Shown here: in pieces, positions 57,026 to 64,000 of the stretch
How the letters are laid out: each line of letters begins with the position of its first letter
How positions within the stretch are numbered: position 1 is the stretch's first letter
Assembly (NCBI GenBank): GCA_043826455.1
Contig: JBDRQD010000015.1
Coordinates: 192,001 to 256,000, forward strand
Length of the DNA stretch: 64,000 bases
Source of the DNA: Candidatus Bathyarchaeota archaeon
GTDB lineage: Archaea > Thermoproteota > Bathyarchaeia > TCS64
Reading direction: 5' to 3'
Made by a program: the position numbers and the translations under genes
Notes under the pieces: generated by a model
Seen by the model: the letters and a program-made list of their open reading frames with translations, nothing else
The model's database searches: none
Told to the model about the DNA's origin: nothing

Positions 57026-57913
57026 CTACTTACCCTGGAAGTATTGGTAGACGTTGAGGCTGACCTGGGCGATGGCTTCCTCCGCGGCGTACACGTCCTC
57101 GGCCCCCATGGTGAAGCAGCTCAACGCGTAGCGTTCCCCGGTCTCCTTGATGGTGACTACCCCAACGTCGTTCCTCACCCCTGGAAGGCTCCCCGTCTTC
57201 CTCTCAAGCCTGACCCTCTTAGTGGGCAGGTACTTGGGCATCCTGGCGGGCCCCGTCTGGCACTTGGCCATGATCCCCAGTATCTGGTCGCAGCTCTCCC
57301 TGCCCGCCGCCTCACCTCCGGCTATCAGCTCCAGCAGTCTGGTCATCTCGTCCGGCGTGGTCACGTCGTTGTCCTCGACCCTCAGGCTCCACGTGGGCCC
57401 TCCCTGTTCGGCTTCCTGGGCCTCCTCGAAGCGGCTCAGCGTCATCTCCCCTGCAGGTAGGCCGCTGAGACCCACTAGGTCGAAGAGGATCTCCCTGCAG
57501 TACCTGGTGATGCTGGTCCTGGTTAGGCCCAGCTCCCTGAGGGCCCTGTTCACATTGCTGAAGCCGACCCTTGCAGCCACCAGGTCCGTGGCCGTGTTAT
57601 CGCTCACGATCATCATGAGGCTGAGGAGGTCCCTCATGCTCACCTCCAGGCCCTCCGACAGCTCCTTGAGGATGCCTGAGCCCGGGACCTTGTCGGCCTC
57701 CCTCAGCGTGATCTTATCGTCTAGGCTCAGCAGTCCTCTCTCGTCCTGCCTGTAGAACTCCACTATGACGGGGACCTTGAAGACGCTGGCCGTGGGGAAA
57801 AGTCTGTCACCGTTCAAGCTAGCGGACTCCCCGGTGTCTATGTGTCTCACAGATACTCCTAGAGCTCCCTTGAGGCCCTCGGCGGGTCTGGATACAGCTT
57901 CTTGAAGACTCAT
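57026..57913 (-). CDS. Class A beta-lactamase-like serine hydrolase
   Basis: FPTASVFK (SxxK), MIVSDNTAT (SDN), RKTGS (KTG), NDVG. Confidence 0.9.
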   Translation of the reverse strand: MSLQEAVSRPAEGLKGALGVSVRHIDTGESASLNGDRLFPTASVFKVPVIVEFYRQDERGLLSLDDKITLREADKVPGSGILKELSEGLEVSMRDLLSLMMIVSDNTATDLVAARVGFSNVNRALRELGLTRTSITRYCREILFDLVGLSGLPAGEMTLSRFEEAQEAEQGGPTWSLRVEDNDVTTPDEMTRLLELIAGGEAAGRESCDQILGIMAKCQTGPARMPKYLPTKRVRLERKTGSLPGVRNDVGVVTIKETGERYALSCFTMGAEDVYAAEEAIAQVSLNVYQYFQGK

Positions 57914-58001
57914 GGATGAACAAGAGCGTTAAAGCCCTAAAACTCTAACGACTGCCCTCGGGGTAGTTTCATATCGTCGGGCCTCCTAGTATTTGTGGTC
58001 A

Positions 58002-58262
58002 ATGATGTCTGAGGAGCCCGTGTACGTCGCCGAGGTCGTGAGCGTCAAGGGGAAGTGCAGCGCCGGCCACAAGACGGGGGACCGGTTCGAGATCAACACC
58101 CACAAGACAGGGGGCATCTGTGGCTACTGCTACCATGATCTGTTTCCCACCATGATGAACATGTGCTACGGGGGACAGATACCTTGGATGAGCAACCAGG
58201 AGTTCAAGTACGAGTGCCCCGACAGCTGGAACCTGGTCACCTTCAAGGTGACGAAGAAGTAA
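58002..58262 (+). CDS. TIGR04076-like small Cys protein
   Basis: VKGKC.AGHK.GD.F, ICGYCYH..FP, CPD..N.VTFK. Confidence 0.8.
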   Translation: MMSEEPVYVAEVVSVKGKCSAGHKTGDRFEINTHKTGGICGYCYHDLFPTMMNMCYGGQIPWMSNQEFKYECPDSWNLVTFKVTKK

Positions 58263-58370
58263 CCTCTTTTTCTTATCTCAACCTATTTTTATAATCATAT
58301 TACGGCTGTTAGCGGTTTTTAACATCACAATAAGGTTTATTAGCTCTGCGATGCTCCCTGCAGGGATTCC

Positions 58371-59705
58371 TTGAGTGCGAACAATTTGGGGGAGCAACAG
58401 AACCGTAGCATGTTCTGGTTCATTCAGGGTAACGTCAAGGTCCTCATGTTCTGCAGGATCATATGGAGCTTCAGCACCAGCATCATCTACCCCTTTTTCA
58501 GCCTCTACATACTGGCATTAGGCGGCTCAAGCACAGAGATCGGGCTAATCAACAGCCTCGGCCTCATCGCTGGAATGATCTTGTACCCAGTGGGTGGGTA
58601 CATAGCGGACAGGGCCGGACGCGTCAAGCTCATCGGGTACAGCACCTTCCTCTACGCCTTCGCCCACCTCTTCTTCGTCATCGCTAACAACTGGCAGATG
58701 CTAGCCATTGGCCAGTTCTTCAGCCAGCTCCTCCTCTTCTACATGCCCGCCATGAACGCCCTGGAGTCTGATAGCTTGCCCCCGGGTGTGAGAGGCAAGG
58801 GCTTCGCCATCATAATGGCTGTGCCCGGCGCGGTGAGGATCATAGCCCCTGTTGTGGGTGGCTTCATCATCGAGTGGTTTAAGGCCACTAGCAGTCTCAG
58901 CGACGACGCTGCCCTCGTCCAAGCAGTCAGGCTGTGCTGGGCCGTCGCCTTCGTCACAGGCCTCGTGGTCGCCTGGATAAGGCTCAGGTACCTGAAGGAG
59001 ACCATCACAGAGGAGGATGGGGGCCGGAGGTTCAGCTTCAGGGAGATTCCGGGTATGATCGTCCCGGCCTACAGGAGCATCATGGACAGCGTCAGGTGGA
59101 TGAACAGGAGCCTCCGCGTCATAGTGATCCTGGAGATGTTCGCCAGCTTCTTCATAGCCATGAGCGCCCCCTTCTACGTGGTCTACGCCAAGCAGATCAT
59201 CGGCCTGGTGGAGAGCCAGTGGGGCCTGGTCATGTTCGTCAGCGGCCTCGTGGGCATCGTCCTGGCCTTCCCCCTGGGCAGCGCCACAGACAAGTATGGT
59301 GCTAGGAAGATGATTATGCTCGGTATGTTCCTATTGCCCGCCATGATCTTCAGCTTCCAGTACGCAGGCGGCTTCCTGGGAGTAGCAGCCATCCTGGTCG
59401 GCATACAGATATGCAACAACATGATGATCCCAGCCTTCAGCACCATCATCGCCAACATCATACCCAGAAGCCGCAGAGGCCGCCTCTACAGCCTCATCGG
59501 CGAGAGGGGGATATCCATCAACTTCGGCAACTTCTGGGGCGGCGGCTTCCTCCTATTCCCCCCCGCGGCTCTAGGAGCCTACATCGGCGGCTGGGTCTAC
59601 AAGATGGACCCCAACATGCCATGGATAATCACTGGCGCCGCCATCCTCATATGCGCCATCCTGGTCTATTTCTTCGTCCAGGAGCCCGATGAGGCTCAGC
59701 AGTAA
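58371..59705 (+). CDS. MFS transporter
   Basis: About 12 TM segments, GGYIADRAGRVK, GSATDKYGARK. Confidence 0.92.
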   Translation: MSANNLGEQQNRSMFWFIQGNVKVLMFCRIIWSFSTSIIYPFFSLYILALGGSSTEIGLINSLGLIAGMILYPVGGYIADRAGRVKLIGYSTFLYAFAHLFFVIANNWQMLAIGQFFSQLLLFYMPAMNALESDSLPPGVRGKGFAIIMAVPGAVRIIAPVVGGFIIEWFKATSSLSDDAALVQAVRLCWAVAFVTGLVVAWIRLRYLKETITEEDGGRRFSFREIPGMIVPAYRSIMDSVRWMNRSLRVIVILEMFASFFIAMSAPFYVVYAKQIIGLVESQWGLVMFVSGLVGIVLAFPLGSATDKYGARKMIMLGMFLLPAMIFSFQYAGGFLGVAAILVGIQICNNMMIPAFSTIIANIIPRSRRGRLYSLIGERGISINFGNFWGGGFLLFPPAALGAYIGGWVYKMDPNMPWIITGAAILICAILVYFFVQEPDEAQQ

Positions 59706-59792
59706 GCCCGCGTGAAGCGGCTTAACGTTTTCTTGGGGTAACATATATTACGGTCCATCCAACATTTTGCATGTTTTTAGGAGAAGCGGTTC

Positions 59793-61115
59793 ATGGAGGC
59801 ACAGGAGCAGGGAAAACAGGGGATGTTCTGGTTCATCCGAGGCAACATAAGGACGCTCATGATCTGCAGGGTGCTCTGGAGCCTGAGCACCAGCATAGTG
59901 TACCCCTACTTCAGCCTCTACATCCTCGCCTTAGGGGGAACCGAGGTGGAGGTGGGCCTGATAAGCAGCATCGGGATCATCGCCGGCATGTTCCTGTACC
60001 CTGTCGGTGGGTTCCTGGCCGACAAGGCGGGTCGCGTCAAGCTCATAGGATACTCCACTGTCCTCTACGCCCTGGCCCACATACCCTTCGTCATCGCCAA
60101 CGACTGGCAGGCCCTCGCCCTGGGGCAGTTCATGGCCCAGCTTCTCCTATTCTACACCCCCGCCATGAACGCCCTCAGCAGCGACAGCCTGCCCCCCGGC
60201 GTCAGGGGAAGGGGCTTCGCTATCATGATGGCAGTCCCCCAGGCCATCAGGATAATCGCTCCCAGCGTGGGTGGCTGGCTCATAGGATACTTCCAGGAGA
60301 CAAGCGGGCTCACTGAGGACGCGGCTCTCGTCCAGGCCGTGCGGCTTGCCTGGGGCATCGCTTTTGTGACGGGGCTGCTGGTGGCCTACCTGAGGCTCCG
60401 CTACCTGACGGAGACCATCGAGGAGGATAAGTCCACAAAATACAGCTGGAGGGACGCCTTCGCCGTCCTCAGGGAGTCCTACGCCAGCATATGGGAGTCG
60501 GTGAAGTGGATGGACCGCAGCCTCAGAACCATAGTGGTCATCGAGATGGTGGCCGCCTTCTTCGTCGCAATGAGCGGCCCCTTCTACGTGATCTTCGCCA
60601 AGACCTTCGCGGGCCTCTCGGCCCCCGATTGGGGCTACGTGAACCTTGTGAGCGGAGTAGTCGCCCTAATCTTCGCGCTGCCCATGGGCCAAGTGGTTGA
60701 CTCGTGGGGGCCCAAGAGGGCCATACTTGTGGGCATGATGGCCGCACCCGCCATAATATTCCTGTTCCAGTACAGCGACGGTTTCTGGGCTGTGGCCGCT
60801 GCCATGACCCTCATCAGCCTCTGCAACAAGATCATGATCCCGGGCTTCAGCACCCTCATCGCCAACATGATCCCCCGGAGCCGCAGAGGCCGCCTATACA
60901 GTCTGCTGGGTGAGCGCGGCGTCCAGATAAGCTGGGGTAACTTCTGGGGCGGCGGCTTCCTCATCTTCCCGCCGGCTGCCCTCGGCGCCTGGGTGGGCGG
61001 CCATGTCTACGCCATAAGCCCAGCTCTTGTCTGGCAGATAACCAGCGTAGCCCTCCTGGCCGCTGCCCTCATGGTGCTGTTCTTTGTCCACGAGCCGGAG
61101 AAGGCCCAGGAGTAG
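59793..61115 (+). CDS. MFS transporter, tandem paralog
   Basis: Extensive identity to the preceding gene; GGFLADKAGRVK. Confidence 0.92.
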   Translation: MEAQEQGKQGMFWFIRGNIRTLMICRVLWSLSTSIVYPYFSLYILALGGTEVEVGLISSIGIIAGMFLYPVGGFLADKAGRVKLIGYSTVLYALAHIPFVIANDWQALALGQFMAQLLLFYTPAMNALSSDSLPPGVRGRGFAIMMAVPQAIRIIAPSVGGWLIGYFQETSGLTEDAALVQAVRLAWGIAFVTGLLVAYLRLRYLTETIEEDKSTKYSWRDAFAVLRESYASIWESVKWMDRSLRTIVVIEMVAAFFVAMSGPFYVIFAKTFAGLSAPDWGYVNLVSGVVALIFALPMGQVVDSWGPKRAILVGMMAAPAIIFLFQYSDGFWAVAAAMTLISLCNKIMIPGFSTLIANMIPRSRRGRLYSLLGERGVQISWGNFWGGGFLIFPPAALGAWVGGHVYAISPALVWQITSVALLAAALMVLFFVHEPEKAQE

Positions 61116-61189
61116 AACCACCGAGAAGGTCTACGCGGAGCCTGGGGGCCGATTTCACCTTTTTAAATGAGTTAAACAGATAGTGAACT

Positions 61190-62152
61190 ATGAAGCCGCT
61201 GGTTCTCATAAGCTCCGACACCATGAACGTCCCTGAGGACGTCTCAGCCGCTCTGAAACCCCACGCGGAGGTCGTGTACGTCAAGGGCAACTACGACAAG
61301 CTTCTCCATAAGGCTAGGGCCCTCTTGGTTGGCGGCGAGAAGGTGAACGAAGAGTTCCTCAAGAAGTCCCCCAACTTGGGTGTGGCCGCAAGGTTCGGGG
61401 TGGGCTACGACTCTGTCAATGTAGACGCCTGCACCAGGAGGAAGGTGTATGTAACGCACACCCCCGATGTGCTGTCTGGGGGTGTAGCAGATCACACTTG
61501 GGCCCTGATCCTGGGCTTCATGAGGAGGATACCTGAGGCTGACCGAAACGCCCGGGAGCACTGGGCCAAGAGAGACAGGAGGCTGCCCTTCGGCTGGGAC
61601 ATGGAGGGCAAGACCCTAGGGCTCCTGGGGCTGGGCAGGATAGGGGCCGAGGTGCTTAAACGAGCCCAGGGCTTCGACCTGGACCTGGCCTACCATGACG
61701 TGGTAAGGCGTGAGGACCTGGAGAAGCAGTACGGGGTGAGGTACCTGGGCTTCGACGAGCTTCTGGGGGCCTCCGATATCCTCAGCATCCACGTCCCACT
61801 GCTTCCCTCCACCCGGGGCATCATAGGGGATGAGGCCCTCTCCAAGATGAAGACCTCCGCCGTGGTGGTGAACACCAGCCGCGGCCAGGTCATAGACGAG
61901 AAGGCCCTGTACAGGGCCCTGAAGAATGGACATATCAGGGGCGCCGCCCTGGATGTCTTCGAGGAGGAGCCCACGCCCCTGGACAACCCCCTGCTGACAC
62001 TGGACAACGTGGTGGTGACCCCCCACTGCGCCTCGGCCACCTGGGAGACTAGGCGCAAGATGGCTGAGACGGCCGTGGGCAACATCAAGGTCTTCCTGGA
62101 GGGCAGGAGGCCCCCCAACGTGGTGCCCGAGCAGAGGGGCGTCAGCTTCTAG
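61190..62152 (+). CDS. D-2-hydroxyacid dehydrogenase (glyoxylate reductase/D-glycerate dehydrogenase-like)
   Basis: GVGYD, TPDVL, GLGRIG, NTSRG, LDVFEEEP, TPH.AS. Confidence 0.92.
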   Translation: MKPLVLISSDTMNVPEDVSAALKPHAEVVYVKGNYDKLLHKARALLVGGEKVNEEFLKKSPNLGVAARFGVGYDSVNVDACTRRKVYVTHTPDVLSGGVADHTWALILGFMRRIPEADRNAREHWAKRDRRLPFGWDMEGKTLGLLGLGRIGAEVLKRAQGFDLDLAYHDVVRREDLEKQYGVRYLGFDELLGASDILSIHVPLLPSTRGIIGDEALSKMKTSAVVVNTSRGQVIDEKALYRALKNGHIRGAALDVFEEEPTPLDNPLLTLDNVVVTPHCASATWETRRKMAETAVGNIKVFLEGRRPPNVVPEQRGVSF

Positions 62153-62234
62153 GCTCCACATCTTTAATACCTCCTCGACGAATATCCGTGGACCCGAAAG
62201 GTGTAGCATCCATCGCTGCAGGTGAAGTGAAGAC

Positions 62235-62936
62235 TTGGATCTGTGGGCCAATGTCCCGGTCATGCTGGCGTGCTACGGCTACATCCTGGCCCTCATATTC
62301 GTGTCCGGCAGGATGAGTGACAGTGGCAGAGTATCCAAGAAGACCAGCCGCAAGTTCCTCCACGCCATGATAGGCAACCTACCTCTCATTATGCCCTTCT
62401 TCACCGACAGCCTGTTCCCCTTCCTGGTGGCCTCCCCCTTCATCTTCGTCACCCTCCTAGTCTCACCCTACTCGCCCTTCCCCGAGCTGGGAAAGAAGTT
62501 CAGCGGCCTCGCCGACATCACTGAGGAGGGCCACCACACGGGCCTGGTGCTCTACGCCATAAGCTACAGCCTCCTGGCCCTGGTCTACGGCGTCAAACCC
62601 TACATAGTGGCTGCCGGCATCTTCCCCATGGCCTACGGTGACAGCTCTGCGGCCATCATAGGCGAGAGGTTCGGCGTCCACAGGTACAGGGTTTTTGAGC
62701 AGAAGAGCTTGGAGGGTAGCCTGGGCATGTTGGCCGGCAGCCTCCTGTCACTGCTCGTCGGGATGCTTTACTTCAGCCGCCTCTACGGTTTCAGCTTCCA
62801 GGCTCAGGTTGCGCCGTGCCTGGCCGTGGCGCTCGTGGCCACCCTGGCTGAAGCAGTTAGCCCCAGGAGTCTGGACAATCTGAGTGTGCCCCTCCTGGGC
62901 GCGCTGACCTTCATTCTGATGGGCGGGGGCGTGTGA
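62235..62936 (+). CDS. SEC59/DGK1/VTE5-family membrane kinase (dolichol/phytol kinase-like)
   Basis: SRKFLH, MAYGDSSAAIIG..FG, KSLEGS, AEA.SP..LDNL.VP. Confidence 0.88.
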   Translation: MDLWANVPVMLACYGYILALIFVSGRMSDSGRVSKKTSRKFLHAMIGNLPLIMPFFTDSLFPFLVASPFIFVTLLVSPYSPFPELGKKFSGLADITEEGHHTGLVLYAISYSLLALVYGVKPYIVAAGIFPMAYGDSSAAIIGERFGVHRYRVFEQKSLEGSLGMLAGSLLSLLVGMLYFSRLYGFSFQAQVAPCLAVALVATLAEAVSPRSLDNLSVPLLGALTFILMGGGV

Positions 62937-63499
62937 CGGTGTTCATAGTCATAGACGGTTTGGACGGCTCGGGGAAGAGCACTCAGGCTCGCCTCATATG
63001 CGGCAAGCTAGCCCGGAGAGGCAAGAGCTTCATATTGAGGTCCCACCCATCCCCGGACAACTTCTTCGGACGGATGGGCCGTGGCTACCTGCTCCTGGAG
63101 GGGAAGAGGGCGCGGATCGCCGCCAGCCTGTTCTACCTGGTGGACGTTATCCGCTCCGTGCTCCTGTACCGGTGGAGGAGGGCGGACTACGTCATCTTCG
63201 TCCGTTACCTCATGGGGACCGCCTATCTCCCGCGGCCCCTCCACCGGGTAGCCTACCTCTTCTTCTACAGGCTCGTCCCCACTAGCAGCCACATGTACTT
63301 CATAGACGTACGCCCTGAGGAGGCGTACAGGCGGCTGGAGTCCAGGGCGAGGAAGGAGATTTTCGAGACCCCTGAGAGGCTTAAGGAGGTCCGTGATAAG
63401 GTTCTGGGGCTCACGGTGAACGGCGGCTGGACCATAATAGATGGGAACCGGCCTTGGAGGGCTATCCACCGGCAGCTCTGCCTGCTCCTGGGTCTCTGA
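62933..63499 (+). CDS. Thymidylate-kinase-like P-loop kinase with atypical motifs
   Basis: IVIDGLDGSGKST, F.DV.PEEA.RR, EIFE; VRY in place of DRY. Confidence 0.75.
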   Translation: MTVFIVIDGLDGSGKSTQARLICGKLARRGKSFILRSHPSPDNFFGRMGRGYLLLEGKRARIAASLFYLVDVIRSVLLYRWRRADYVIFVRYLMGTAYLPRPLHRVAYLFFYRLVPTSSHMYFIDVRPEEAYRRLESRARKEIFETPERLKEVRDKVLGLTVNGGWTIIDGNRPWRAIHRQLCLLLGL

Positions 63500-64000
63500 G
63501 CCTGAGGATCAGGGGCACGGCGAGGCTCAGGGTGGCTATCTGGATGAACAGGGGCGCTGTGAACCCGTACCTCTCCAGGAGTACGCCTGCGAGCCACGGG
63601 GCCGGAATCGCACCTATCCTGCCATAGGCATCCAGCTTACCCATGACGCTGCTGCGCGTCTCCTTGGGCACGATCTCGGTCAGGAGGCTGGTCCAGCTGG
63701 GCATCCAGAAGCAGATGTCCACGGCGCTGATCCCGTTGAAAAGGATGTAGGCGGCGGGGGACTTGAAGAAGATGAATCCGAGAACCGTGACGTACGCCAT
63801 TACTATGCTACCCATGAGCATCCGCTTCCTGCCCAGCCTGTCGCTGAGCTTACCCAAGGGGATACTGCCCAGGGCCCAGACTAGGTTGAAGCTGGTGCTC
63901 ATGAACCCCAGCTCCAGGGTGGTGAAGCCCCTGTAGTCGGTGAGGGCCCCGTAGAAGAGGCTGTAGGCTACTGCGTACCCGAATCCCTGGATGAGCATGA
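63462..64000 (-). CDS. MFS transporter, C-terminal part (truncated by the window edge)
   Basis: GKLSDRLGRKR, multiple TM segments, open to the right edge. Confidence 0.88.
   Translation of the reverse strand, partial: MLIQGFGYAVAYSLFYGALTDYRGFTTLELGFMSTSFNLVWALGSIPLGKLSDRLGRKRMLMGSIVMAYVTVLGFIFFKSPAAYILFNGISAVDICFWMPSWTSLLTEIVPKETRSSVMGKLDAYGRIGAIPAPWLAGVLLERYGFTAPLFIQIATLSLAVPLILRLRDPGAGRAAGG

Noticed and set aside
320..63884. Numerous long antisense or alternate-frame ORFs (e.g. 441..1280, 9456..10334, 14117..15145, 19260..20336, 33011..34039, 39210..40205)
   Set aside because: They are shadows of well-supported genes in high-GC DNA with biased codon usage, and show no recognisable motifs.

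Overview
This is a GC-rich archaeal chromosomal window. Gene content and style (archaeal TyrS, DnaG, TFB, SRP 7S RNA, NurA-HerA-Mre11-Rad50, frequent TTG/GTG starts, many peptidases) suggest a Bathyarchaeia-like organism; that taxonomy is an inference. Main blocks: (1) a protein/peptide-scavenging set (two S9, one M50, two M14, one M42, a class A beta-lactamase-like hydrolase, six MFS genes); (2) pncA-pncB NAD salvage bracketed by a 25-bp perfect direct repeat; (3) a bacterial-type class I GAPDH; (4) SRP RNA followed by the DNA end-resection operon; (5) a group 4 membrane [NiFe]-hydrogenase split into two convergent units; (6) a clustered AMP phosphorylase / form III RuBisCO / R15P isomerase pathway; (7) an uncharacterised four-gene membrane operon (DUF6754-like) divergent from a large M14 peptidase, the best candidate here for an undescribed system. 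Also notable are a multi-hairpin leader before dnaG, a prenol-kinase / atypical NMP-kinase gene pair, and an AT-rich islet with small orphan ORFs. No tRNA, rRNA, CRISPR array, integrase or transposase was recognised. Family names come from motif recognition by eye, not database searches.
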